A program made the translations under genes and the position numbers. A model generated the notes under the pieces. The model did not search any database. It was not told where the DNA came from and saw only the letters and a program-made list of their open reading frames with translations. Shown here in pieces: positions 14,457-24,074 of a stretch of 64,000 nucleotides of DNA. Origin of the DNA: a virus; the IMG/VR virus record IMGVR_UViG_3300028392_000060, positions 9,471 through 73,470 of that record; one strand, 5' to 3'. Positions within the stretch are counted from its first letter, which is position 1; each line of letters starts with the position of its first letter.

Positions 14457-14933
14457 TTATATACTATTTACTAACGGATAATCTTCTGCCATCATTTTAT
14501 TAAATTCTTCATTACCAATCCAAAATATATTTCCTAATACCCGCCATGCAAAATTAGTTCCTTCAGATAAATGTTTTTCTATTGCCCAAGATAATACTTC
14601 TGAATCTAGTTTCCGTCCCGCCTCAATCAGCATCGTATATTCAATATCTTTAATTTTACGAGTAGTAAATATAGCGTTTGATTTTGAAGGTTTAAAACTA
14701 TCAGGCATTGTTTTATCTGTTAAATAATCACATTTAAATATTTGACATGGATTCATTGGTCTTGTATTATATTCCCCACAACCTTCTCCGACTTTAACAA
14801 AAGGACAAGGAACAATAGAACCATCATCTGCCATACCCATAAAATTACCCTTTATATCAGCCCTTAAATGCCCTTCACAGCACTTTGTACAACCTTCACA
14901 GGATCTTCCATCAACTATGGGTAAAAAGTTCAT
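14457..14933 (-). CDS. YkgJ-like CxxCxxCC cysteine-cluster protein
   Basis: CEGCTKCC...CPF....GC..Y..RP..PC..F.C. Confidence 0.8.
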   Translation of the reverse strand: MNFLPIVDGRSCEGCTKCCEGHLRADIKGNFMGMADDGSIVPCPFVKVGEGCGEYNTRPMNPCQIFKCDYLTDKTMPDSFKPSKSNAIFTTRKIKDIEYTMLIEAGRKLDSEVLSWAIEKHLSEGTNFAWRVLGNIFWIGNEEFNKMMAEDYPLVNSI

Positions 14934-14947
14934 TTCTTACTTTTGTC

Positions 14948-15439
14948 TCACTGATAAATTAATCTAAATGCTAAATCTTTAGGCGTAACAAGTGCATGTT
15001 TCTTTTCTGAAACTTTAACTCCCCCGACAGAATATGCCCATGCTACTAATTGTGAACAAATTACTGAATTTTCATTTTCTGCTCTTTTAATTAAATTAGG
15101 TAATACTTTAAGCCCAATAGATTTAACTCCTAATACAAATATTGACCATTTGCCATATCTATCACCTACAAAGCCTTTTGCTCTTTCTACAATTCTTTGT
15201 CTTTGTTCAAATGGAGTAATAAATTTTTCATGTTGATTCCAAGCTATTTGATATCCATCATATTTAGAAAGATCAGAAATTGTTACTCCCTGCGGACGTG
15301 CCTCAATAATTTTTCCATCTCCTATATATATACCTGCATGATTCCAATCTGAAAATGTTCCAATTCTAATTAACATTCCTACAAGTCCATGCGTCTTAAC
15401 TACAAAGTAGTCCCCCGCAATTGGTGTATATTTATTCAT
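14948..15439 (-). CDS. permuted papain-like (YiiX/YaeF, NlpC/P60 superfamily) enzyme
   Basis: GD, WNHAGIYIG...IEA, CSQLVAWAY, TPKDL. Confidence 0.85.
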   Translation of the reverse strand: MNKYTPIAGDYFVVKTHGLVGMLIRIGTFSDWNHAGIYIGDGKIIEARPQGVTISDLSKYDGYQIAWNQHEKFITPFEQRQRIVERAKGFVGDRYGKWSIFVLGVKSIGLKVLPNLIKRAENENSVICSQLVAWAYSVGGVKVSEKKHALVTPKDLAFRLIYQ

Positions 15440-15671
15440 TTTCTACTTCCTTAATTTTATTTAATATATTTTCATATAATTGTAGTCCAACAACTTGTTC
15501 ATACCCACATGCTGTACAGTATAGCATAATTTTATCATCTTGATCTTTATGATTAAGCCAATAAATTACATCTGTAAATCCATAATCTTCTTTATGTCCA
15601 GGGCAAGCGAGAGGTTTTACCCTACCCGCCTGCGCTAGATTATAATACTGAGAAAATATTTGAATTCTCAT
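15432..15671 (-). CDS. small Zn-ribbon hypothetical protein
   Basis: CPGH...CTAC. Confidence 0.65.
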   Translation of the reverse strand: MRIQIFSQYYNLAQAGRVKPLACPGHKEDYGFTDVIYWLNHKDQDDKIMLYCTACGYEQVVGLQLYENILNKIKEVENE

Positions 15672-16342
15672 CAGTATGCTATGTTTGCTTTTCTAAATAC
15701 AGATGTGACATATTGGTATACCGTAGGATTTCCAGGAACTGGTTTGTTCCAAGATCCAATATCACCCGCTCTTGATGGATATAGATGTGCTGCAACTGCT
15801 TTTCTCCAGTCTTGATACTTTGCATAAGAAGCTTTTAATTCGCCAATCATGCGTTTATCTTGTACCCATTCTGGTGCATCACAGGCGCTTTTATAGCCCA
15901 TATAGTTATTCCATGATACGTTCATATATTGAAATGCTCCACATGCACTACTGGAATAAGACTTGCGATAATATGCTCCAACTCCGCCAGTTTCTTGGCT
16001 CTTGATTGCATTCGCTAGTCTTGAAATTATTACCCTGTTGTCTACTCTTTGTTTTAGATTTAGCTTTATGCTATATGAGGGCATTGTAAAAGTTGAACCA
16101 TCTGTTAAATCGTTTACACGATAAACAACATTCTTCTTTTTACTGATATCAATATTTATAGCGTTCTTAATATTAACTAAGTTTATATATTTATTGATAT
16201 ACAATATATCGCTGCTGTACGATATAGTTGGTGCTGTTAGCGCATGGGCTTGTTCAGAATCTAATCCAAACATCAATGTAAGAATACTTACACATATCAT
16301 AGTCCATACTGTTCTTATCCTTGCTTTGTTCATATTATTCAT
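15671..16342 (-). CDS. secreted lysozyme-like/transglycosylase domain protein
   Basis: Signal peptide; AIKSQETGG, SSACGAFQYM..SW, QD. Confidence 0.75.
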   Translation of the reverse strand: MNNMNKARIRTVWTMICVSILTLMFGLDSEQAHALTAPTISYSSDILYINKYINLVNIKNAINIDISKKKNVVYRVNDLTDGSTFTMPSYSIKLNLKQRVDNRVIISRLANAIKSQETGGVGAYYRKSYSSSACGAFQYMNVSWNNYMGYKSACDAPEWVQDKRMIGELKASYAKYQDWRKAVAAHLYPSRAGDIGSWNKPVPGNPTVYQYVTSVFRKANIAY

Positions 16343-16675
16343 ATGTACCTCCTGGGGTAAAGAGTAGAGCTTAATCGTACCATGTATTAAAATTCATGTC
16401 AAGGTTTACGCTTGTTAGACATGTACAATAATAGTATGATACAATCAGGATAGGTTTGTGGGGGCTTTTCACTAGAACTCATAATGATGGAAATATTTTT
16501 CCAGATTTGTTTGGTGAAGCACTCTTTCTCTAATTTTTCAATTTTTGAAAATGAGGGGAGGGGGAGCTTTGCCTAGAATCTTTAAATCAGGAAATAATTA
16601 TTTAAAATAAATTTAATATATATAATATGATTATATTTCTAAAATGCTATACTTAGTTTTGTTGGAAGGTTTTAA

Positions 16676-17674
16676 TTGAAAATTTCATTTACTGGTGCTC
16701 CAGAATATATGGATCGTAATGTTGGTTACGGAGAAGCATCATGGCAAATATGGAAAGAATTTGAAAAACAAGGAATAGAATGCCTTATTGGTTCGCCAAA
16801 AGCTAAAATTGGAATTTCTTTTATTCAACCTCAAATGTATAGATTTGGTAAAGCTCAATATAAAATTGGATATAGTCCATGGGAATCAACTGAAATTCCA
16901 GATGTATGGAAACCAAATCTTATAAATGGTATAGATGAATTATGGACAACTTCTCCATGGTGTGCAGATATTTTAAAAAATTTTACTTCAAAGCCAATTT
17001 TTGTTTATGAACACGGTATTAATGATAATTGGGTGCCTTTAAAAAGAAATATCAATCCTTCCCGCCCATTTAGATTTTTACATATAGGAGAGCCGTATTT
17101 TAGAAAAGATGCTCAAAGAGTAGTAGAAGCATTTATTAATACTTTTGGAGACGATCCAAATTATGAATTAATTTTAAAATGTACAAGAATGAACACAACT
17201 AGAATTTCAGATCCTGTAACTGGAAAAATTCAAGGTTCTCCAGGAGCATTTTATAAAAATATTAAAACTATTGAAGGAATGCTTACAACAGAACAAATGA
17301 ATGGTCTATATGATTTATGTGATGTTTTTGTTTACCCATCTTGGGGAGAAGGATTTGGTTTAAATCCACTTCAAGCAATGGCAAAAGGGATTCCAACAAT
17401 TTGCACAAAAGATTGGGCTTCTTATTCAAGATACATTACTATGCCTTTAAATTCAGAATTAGTTCCGTCTCCTTGGCCCAATTTACATCCTGGCAATATG
17501 TATAAATCTAATTTTGAACAGATTATGTTTTACATGAAAGACGTATCTGAAAACTACGATAAATACAGCGACTTATCTTACAAAAATGCATTTTTAATTC
17601 ATAAAGATTATAATTGGAATAAAGTTACCAAACCAGCAATTCAAAGGTTAAAAAAAATACATGAAAATTTATAA
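16676..17674 (+). CDS. glycosyltransferase family 4 (GT-B)
   Basis: GYG N-terminus, WES, RKD, CDVFVYPSWGEGFGLNPLQAMAKG.PTI. Confidence 0.9.
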   Translation: MKISFTGAPEYMDRNVGYGEASWQIWKEFEKQGIECLIGSPKAKIGISFIQPQMYRFGKAQYKIGYSPWESTEIPDVWKPNLINGIDELWTTSPWCADILKNFTSKPIFVYEHGINDNWVPLKRNINPSRPFRFLHIGEPYFRKDAQRVVEAFINTFGDDPNYELILKCTRMNTTRISDPVTGKIQGSPGAFYKNIKTIEGMLTTEQMNGLYDLCDVFVYPSWGEGFGLNPLQAMAKGIPTICTKDWASYSRYITMPLNSELVPSPWPNLHPGNMYKSNFEQIMFYMKDVSENYDKYSDLSYKNAFLIHKDYNWNKVTKPAIQRLKKIHENL

Positions 17675-17737
17675 AATTTTGATTTTAAAACAATCAGTAT
17701 GATACACTTAAGATCTTAATCTAAAAAACCTAGGAGC

Positions 17738-19675
17738 ATGATGTCTAACACTATTAAAAACCCATATGAAAATTTTATTGCACTTTCTCGCTACGCCCGT
17801 TGGCTAGAAGAAGAAAATCGTCGTGAAACTTGGGGTGAAACAGTAGACCGATACTTTAAGTTTATGGTTATACAGTTACGTGAAAAACATGGGTATGTTC
17901 CTAATGATAAAATTCTTACAGAATTGCGTGATGCAGTTTTTAATCGTAATGTAATGCCATCAATGCGTTCTGTAATGACAGCAGGAGTAGCGTTAGAAAG
18001 AGAAAATGTTTCTGGATATAACTGTGCATTTCTTCCAGTAGATAATGCTAGATCATTTGATGAAGCTATGTATATCTTAATGTGTGGAACTGGTGTTGGA
18101 TTTTCTGTTGAGTATAAGTATATTAATAAACTCCCGCCACTTCCTGAAACGCTTGAAAAATCTTCTACTACAGTTATTGTAGGAGATTCAAAAGAAGGTT
18201 GGGCAAAAGCATATCGTGAATTTTTAGGATTACTTTGGGCAGGACAAATTCCACAAATTGATGTTAGTAAAGTTCGCCCTGCAGGTGCACGTCTTAAAAC
18301 AATGGGCGGAAGATCATCTGGTCCACAACCATTGGTTAATCTTTTTGATTTTACAGTACAAATATTTAAGGGAGCGCTTGGTCGCAGCCTTAAACCAATT
18401 GAATGTCATGACATTATGTGTAAAGTTGGAGAGGTTGTAGTTGTTGGCGGTGTTCGTCGTTCTGCAATGATATCTCTTTCAAATATAAACGATATTGAAA
18501 TGGCAGCAGCAAAATCTGGAAATTGGTGGGAAAAAAATTCTCAAAGATCTTTGTCAAATAATTCAGTTGCATATTCTCGCAAACCAGAAATGGCTCAATT
18601 TATTGCAGAATGGAAATCTTTATATGATTCTAAATCAGGAGAAAGAGGGATTTATAATGTTGCCGCAGCACAATCTCAAGCCGCAAAATATGGAAGAAGA
18701 AGTGCTGATATACATTATGGAACTAACCCATGTTCTGAAATTATTTTAAGACCATATCAATTTTGTAATCTTTCAGAAGTTGTTCTTCGTGAAAAAGATA
18801 CAGTTGATGATGTTGCAAATAAAGTTCGTCTTGCATCTATTTTGGGTACATGGCAATCAACACTTACAGACTTTAAATACATTCGTAAAATTTGGAAAGA
18901 CAATACAGAAGAAGAACGTTTACTTGGAGTTTCTTTAACTGGCCAATTTGGGCATAAGTTTTTTTCAGGACAAGAGGGAACAGAAAAACTTTCTTTAGTA
19001 CTTGACAGACTTCGTATGCTTGCGGTTGAAACAAATGTTGAAGAAGCAGAGAAAATTGGGATTCCATCTTCAGCAGCAGTAACTTGTGTTAAACCATCAG
19101 GCACAGTATCTCAATTGGTCGGGGTAAGTTCAGGAATGCACCCATGGCATTCAGATTATTATATTAGAACTGTAAGAGGTTCTAAAAATGATCCTATTTC
19201 ACAATTTTTAAAAGACTCTGGAATTCCAACAGAAGATGATGTAATGAAACCAAATGAAACATATGTATTTTCATTTCCAGTAAAATCTCCATCACATGCT
19301 ATTACTAGAAATAAATTAACAGCATTACAACAACTTGAAATTTGGCTAACATATCAAAGACATTGGTGTGAACACAAACCATCTATAACCGTATCTGTAA
19401 AAGAAGAAGAATGGATGGAAGTAGGCGCTTGGGTTTATAAGCATTTTGATGAAGTTTCTGGAATATCATTTTTACCATATTCTGAGCATACATATGTTCA
19501 AGCTCCTTATCAAGAAATTGAAAAAGAACAATACTTGGCTCTTGAAGAAAAAATGCCTAAAAATATTGATTGGAATGCATTGTCTTTATACGAACTGGAA
19601 GATTCTACAACTGGGTCTCAAGCTCTAGCTTGCGTAAGCGGAGAATGTGAAATTGTAGATATTGGTCAAAATTGA
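17738..19675 (+). CDS. nrdJ: class II (adenosylcobalamin-dependent) ribonucleotide reductase
   Basis: YNCAF, GGVRRSA, GTNPCSEI, CVKPSGTVSQL and C-terminal CVSGEC redox pair. Confidence 0.95.
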   Translation: MMSNTIKNPYENFIALSRYARWLEEENRRETWGETVDRYFKFMVIQLREKHGYVPNDKILTELRDAVFNRNVMPSMRSVMTAGVALERENVSGYNCAFLPVDNARSFDEAMYILMCGTGVGFSVEYKYINKLPPLPETLEKSSTTVIVGDSKEGWAKAYREFLGLLWAGQIPQIDVSKVRPAGARLKTMGGRSSGPQPLVNLFDFTVQIFKGALGRSLKPIECHDIMCKVGEVVVVGGVRRSAMISLSNINDIEMAAAKSGNWWEKNSQRSLSNNSVAYSRKPEMAQFIAEWKSLYDSKSGERGIYNVAAAQSQAAKYGRRSADIHYGTNPCSEIILRPYQFCNLSEVVLREKDTVDDVANKVRLASILGTWQSTLTDFKYIRKIWKDNTEEERLLGVSLTGQFGHKFFSGQEGTEKLSLVLDRLRMLAVETNVEEAEKIGIPSSAAVTCVKPSGTVSQLVGVSSGMHPWHSDYYIRTVRGSKNDPISQFLKDSGIPTEDDVMKPNETYVFSFPVKSPSHAITRNKLTALQQLEIWLTYQRHWCEHKPSITVSVKEEEWMEVGAWVYKHFDEVSGISFLPYSEHTYVQAPYQEIEKEQYLALEEKMPKNIDWNALSLYELEDSTTGSQALACVSGECEIVDIGQN

Positions 19676-19703
19676 TATAATATAAAAGCACACCGATCCG
19701 CAT

Positions 19704-19735
19704 AATCCCGCCCACTTCCACGGGGCGGGATTTTC
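19704..19735 (+). terminator. intrinsic terminator
   Basis: AATCCCGCCC-loop-GGGCGGGATT followed by T residues. Confidence 0.75.
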
Positions 19736-19797
19736 TATGTTTTATAACCTTTAAATGGTAGAATGACTATATAAATCTTTACATATGAGGTGCATAA

Positions 19798-20142
19798 ATG
19801 GCAATTCAAGAAATTAATTATGATGTTATTCAAAATGATACATGGTCTGTTGATATAACCGTTAAAGATTCAACTGGAACATTGATAAATTTTAGTGGAT
19901 ATAACTTCTTAATGGAAGTAAGAGATAGAGAAGGCGGGAATGTTCTTTGTGCTTCTGCTAGTCTAGGTAATGGAATAACAGTTACTGGAACAGGCATAAT
20001 TCATGTTGAATTAACCCCCGCTCAAACAAATAAATTTAATTTACCAAAATCTAAATATCAAATCATATCCATAGACGGAAGTTCAAGACGCAGAACTCTT
20101 GTTCAAGGATGGTTTCAAGTTAGGGCTAATACAATAATATAA
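19798..20142 (+). CDS. virion structural protein (Ig-like/BppU-like)
   Basis: ORF track; beta-rich; first gene of the fibre cluster. Confidence 0.6.
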   Translation: MAIQEINYDVIQNDTWSVDITVKDSTGTLINFSGYNFLMEVRDREGGNVLCASASLGNGITVTGTGIIHVELTPAQTNKFNLPKSKYQIISIDGSSRRRTLVQGWFQVRANTII

Positions 20143-20795
20143 TGACAGATAATATTTATGTTACTCAACAAAATAATGAAATAACTGTTACAGAATCTAA
20201 TAATGAAGTAATAGTAGCAACCTCTGGGTATCAAGGAGCAAAAGGCTCACAGATATTAACTGGAAATGGTGCTCCATCTTCAAGCCTAGGACTTCAAGGA
20301 GACTTTTATATTGATAAAAGTTCTTATTATGTTTATGGTCCAAAAATATCAAATACACAATGGGATTATACTCCAGCTATAAGCTTGGCTGGAACAAATG
20401 GAAAATCATTTTTAACGGGTTCTGGTGCACCAGCACAATCTCTTGGTAGCAACGGAGATAGCTATTTAAATACTTCAACTGGAGACCTTTATTTAAAATC
20501 TTCACCAATAGATTTTTCTCAAGGAACTTGGTCAATAACTACAAATATCATTAATCCCGCAAGAATTTCTTTTGTTTTTGAACAACAAAGTGCCTCAAAG
20601 GGCGGAAGGACGCCAGCAGATGGCGGGACTGGTAATGGAGGCTGGTATGTATACCATAACTTAGGCTATAAACCAGCCGTTACAATTTCAGATTATGGAA
20701 ATAATAATGTAGAATGTGATATAGAGCATGTAAATGTTAATTTACTTATACTTACTTTTTCAACAAGCATATCTGGTTACGCATACTGCTCATAA
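20142..20795 (+). CDS. virion fibre-associated protein
   Basis: Repeated LTG.GAP..SLG..GD.Y motif; C-terminal HNLG..P.V domain. Confidence 0.7.
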   Translation: MTDNIYVTQQNNEITVTESNNEVIVATSGYQGAKGSQILTGNGAPSSSLGLQGDFYIDKSSYYVYGPKISNTQWDYTPAISLAGTNGKSFLTGSGAPAQSLGSNGDSYLNTSTGDLYLKSSPIDFSQGTWSITTNIINPARISFVFEQQSASKGGRTPADGGTGNGGWYVYHNLGYKPAVTISDYGNNNVECDIEHVNVNLLILTFSTSISGYAYCS

Positions 20796-20820
20796 AAAAA
20801 ATAAATAGGGGAACAAATAA

Positions 20821-23547
20821 ATGGCAAAAGTATTTTTAACAAATATAAATCTTAAAGGTAATCAGCTTTTAAATGCTGTACTTGCTCCAGGATCTCAACC
20901 AACTGGTTTAGCGGCTGGTCAAGTTTATTATAATACTACATCAAATCTCCTATACACATACAATGGAAGCGCCTGGAACCCTGTTAATGGCGGTATAATT
21001 ACTGGTGGTTCAACATTTTATGGTGTAACAACACTTGCAGGAACTTCAAATCAAATTACTTTAACACCTTCTGGATCAACCCCATCTGGAACAGTTACTT
21101 TTTCTATCCCCTCTGCATTTACATTTCCAGGAACAGCGGCATTAACATCAGGTAACACATTAACATTAGGCGCATCAACAACAGCAGGAGCATCATTAAA
21201 TATGCCTGCAGGTTCTGCACCAACTACACCAAATACTGGTGATGCATGGCTTACAGCTTCAGGATTAAATATTCGTTATGGTGGAACTCCAGCAAACCAT
21301 ACACTTGCAGATCTTGATACAACACAAACTTTAACTAATAAAACTTTAACATCTCCATCGCTAACAACACCAACTGTTGGATCAGCGGGAGCAAACTTTG
21401 CAGGATCAACTTCAGGTAACACAACACTTGCAGCATCCGCAATTGCTTCAGGAACACTTACACTTCCTGCAACAACTGATACTCTTGTAGGTGCAGCATT
21501 TACACAAACCCTTACAAACAAAACTTTAACATCCCCAACATTAACAACCCCAGCAATTGGTTCAGGTGGCCTTACACTTGCAGGCTCAACATCTGGAACT
21601 ATCACAGTGGTTCCACAAACAGGTATCGTATCTGGAACAATTACAGTTCCTTCGGTTGCATCAACTGACACTGTAGCACTTGTTGGACTTGCTCAAACAC
21701 TTACAAATAAGACTTTAACTGCACCAACAATTAATGGTGGTACTCACACAGCAGTTACTTCTCTTGGAATAAGAGACACATCTGCTGCATTTGATGTAAC
21801 GCTTGCTGCATCTTCATCTGTAGCATTAACTGCTGGAAGAACATTAACTCTTGATCTTCAAAATGCTGCAAGAACAGTATCACTTGCTGGAAATATTTCA
21901 CTTGCTGGTAATTTAACTACAGCAGGTGCATTTACAACTGCAGGTGCTTTTGGACTTACACTTACAGCAACAAATACTACAAATGCTACAATTCCAGCGG
22001 GAACTGTAACACTTGTTGATCTTGCTTCATCTCAAGCATTAACAGGTAAGACTTATAACGGTCTTTCATTAACATCAAATGCAACTGGATTCTCAATTGC
22101 TGGCGGAACTACATCAAAGACTCTTACTGCTAATAACTCTCTAACATTAGCTGGTACAGATTCAACAACAATTACATTCCCATCAGCTAACCTATCATTC
22201 TCATTACCTACAGCTACAGCAACTACATTAAATATACCAGCTACTGGTACAGTATCTTTAGTTGATCTTTCAACATCTCAATCTCTTACTAATAAAACAA
22301 TTAGTGGATTAACAGTATCTACAACAACTGGTACTTTGACAATTCCAAATGGTACAACTCTTGCGCTTTCAGGTGCAAATAACCTTACATTTACAACAAC
22401 AGGTGCTACAAACGTAACATTGCCTACAACTGGCACAATTGCTACACTTGCTGGTACTGAAACACTTACAAATAAAACTCTTACTACCGCAACACTTGGC
22501 TCAGCCCTTGCTGCAGGTGGATTTAAGATTACAGGTCTTGCAGATCCAACATCTGCTCAAGATGCTGCAACTAAGGCTTACGTAGATGCATCAACTCAAG
22601 GACTTAACGTTCATGATGCTGTAAAGTATGCAACAACAACCAGTTTAACTGCAACATATGCTAATGGAACTTCAGATGCTAGCCAGGGACTTGGAGTAGG
22701 TGCAACACTTACTAACTCAGGAACTCAAGCAGCATTTGTTATTGATACAAAGACTGTAGTTGTTGGAGACAGAATTCTTGTTAAAAATCAAGCAACTGCT
22801 ACTCAAAATGGTCTTTATACAGTTACAGTAGTTGGAACAGGATCAACTAACTGGATACTTACTCGTGCAACAGATGCAGATAACCATATAGCAGGACAAC
22901 TTCTTGCTGGTGACTTTGTGTTTGTATCAGATGGATCTGCAAATCTTTCAACTGGATATGTAATGTCATCACAAGGTACTGCAACAACTCCTGTAAATGG
23001 AATTAAAATTGGTACAGATAGTATTGCCTATACACAGTTCTCTGGTACAGGTACATATTCTGCATCAAATGGCGTATTATTAACTGGTACTAACTTTACC
23101 TTTGCACCACTTACAAATGGTGGTTTGCAAACAGCATCAGGTGGAGCATCTATCTTACTCCCAGCAAACTCAGGTTTGTCAACAACTTCTTCAGGTTTGG
23201 CAGTTGGAGTTGGAACTGGTCTTACAGTTTCAGGTTCAACAGTATCTTATTCAACTGGTACAACTACACAAACTGGATCGGGAATTACTGGAGGAGCATA
23301 TACTTATGCAACACAAAAACAAGTTGCAACAATTACGGGTAATGGAACACTAACAAGCTTTGCAGTAAACCATAACCTTAACTCTCAAGATATGACAGTT
23401 CAAGTTTATCAAACATCTGCAACTCCAGATACTCAATATTCTGAGGTTGAAGCTGATATTGTAAGAACTTCTACCTCTGTGGTTACAGTATCATTTGCTG
23501 CAGCCCCAGCATCTGGTGTTACTTATAACGTGGTAATGGTTGGATAA
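20821..23547 (+). CDS. Thr/Ser-rich fibre protein
   Basis: QTLTNKTLT repeats; ADPTSAQDAATKAYVD motif; GDRILVKNQ...NGLY..WILTRATDAD domain. Confidence 0.8.
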   Translation: MAKVFLTNINLKGNQLLNAVLAPGSQPTGLAAGQVYYNTTSNLLYTYNGSAWNPVNGGIITGGSTFYGVTTLAGTSNQITLTPSGSTPSGTVTFSIPSAFTFPGTAALTSGNTLTLGASTTAGASLNMPAGSAPTTPNTGDAWLTASGLNIRYGGTPANHTLADLDTTQTLTNKTLTSPSLTTPTVGSAGANFAGSTSGNTTLAASAIASGTLTLPATTDTLVGAAFTQTLTNKTLTSPTLTTPAIGSGGLTLAGSTSGTITVVPQTGIVSGTITVPSVASTDTVALVGLAQTLTNKTLTAPTINGGTHTAVTSLGIRDTSAAFDVTLAASSSVALTAGRTLTLDLQNAARTVSLAGNISLAGNLTTAGAFTTAGAFGLTLTATNTTNATIPAGTVTLVDLASSQALTGKTYNGLSLTSNATGFSIAGGTTSKTLTANNSLTLAGTDSTTITFPSANLSFSLPTATATTLNIPATGTVSLVDLSTSQSLTNKTISGLTVSTTTGTLTIPNGTTLALSGANNLTFTTTGATNVTLPTTGTIATLAGTETLTNKTLTTATLGSALAAGGFKITGLADPTSAQDAATKAYVDASTQGLNVHDAVKYATTTSLTATYANGTSDASQGLGVGATLTNSGTQAAFVIDTKTVVVGDRILVKNQATATQNGLYTVTVVGTGSTNWILTRATDADNHIAGQLLAGDFVFVSDGSANLSTGYVMSSQGTATTPVNGIKIGTDSIAYTQFSGTGTYSASNGVLLTGTNFTFAPLTNGGLQTASGGASILLPANSGLSTTSSGLAVGVGTGLTVSGSTVSYSTGTTTQTGSGITGGAYTYATQKQVATITGNGTLTSFAVNHNLNSQDMTVQVYQTSATPDTQYSEVEADIVRTSTSVVTVSFAAAPASGVTYNVVMVG

Positions 23548-23567
23548 TATTTAAAGTAGTACAATTG

Positions 23568-23597
23568 GGGGTGGGACTAAACATCCTGCCCCTTTTT
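23568..23597 (+). terminator. intrinsic terminator
   Basis: GGGGTGGGA-loop-TCCTGCCCC-TTTTT. Confidence 0.7.
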
Positions 23598-23611
23598 AAT
23601 ATAGGAGAAAA

Positions 23612-24073
23612 ATGACAAAGCAGTTTAAAGTATCCATACAGGTACCGTCTATTTCAATTATTGATGGTACTTCAAGTCAATATCTTATGGCTGATGGATC
23701 CACAACCACAACCACTTCAAGTTATACTGCCCCAGATATTATTCCGTTAGATAATTTACAATATGAATTTGATGGAGTTGGATCAAGATTCTATCCAAAA
23801 AATGCAGGAATAGTTCAAACTATTACTAACCCTTTTAAGCTTTTATTGACCTTAAATGGTATAATACAAAGTGTAAGCTTTCAGGAAGTTGTTTGGGGAA
23901 CTCCATTCAGTTATGATGGCTTTACAATAGATTCAGATGGCTACATTGCATTTTCTGAAGCACCACCAGCAGGTTCTACATTTCACGCAAGAGTAATGGC
24001 GGGACCTACAACACAAAGCAGTACAAATACTTATCCATTCAAAGCAATGGACATTTTACTAGGAGCATATTAA
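23612..24073 (+). CDS. virion structural protein
   Basis: ORF track; LNGIIQ...FTI..I.FSEAP beta domain. Confidence 0.65.
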   Translation: MTKQFKVSIQVPSISIIDGTSSQYLMADGSTTTTTSSYTAPDIIPLDNLQYEFDGVGSRFYPKNAGIVQTITNPFKLLLTLNGIIQSVSFQEVVWGTPFSYDGFTIDSDGYIAFSEAPPAGSTFHARVMAGPTTQSSTNTYPFKAMDILLGAY

Positions 24074-24074
24074 T

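Noticed and set aside
17675-19675. Intein or intron in nrdJ, NrdR box, or cobalamin riboswitch upstream
   Set aside because: The ORF is uninterrupted and of normal size; the 63-nt upstream gap shows no such motif
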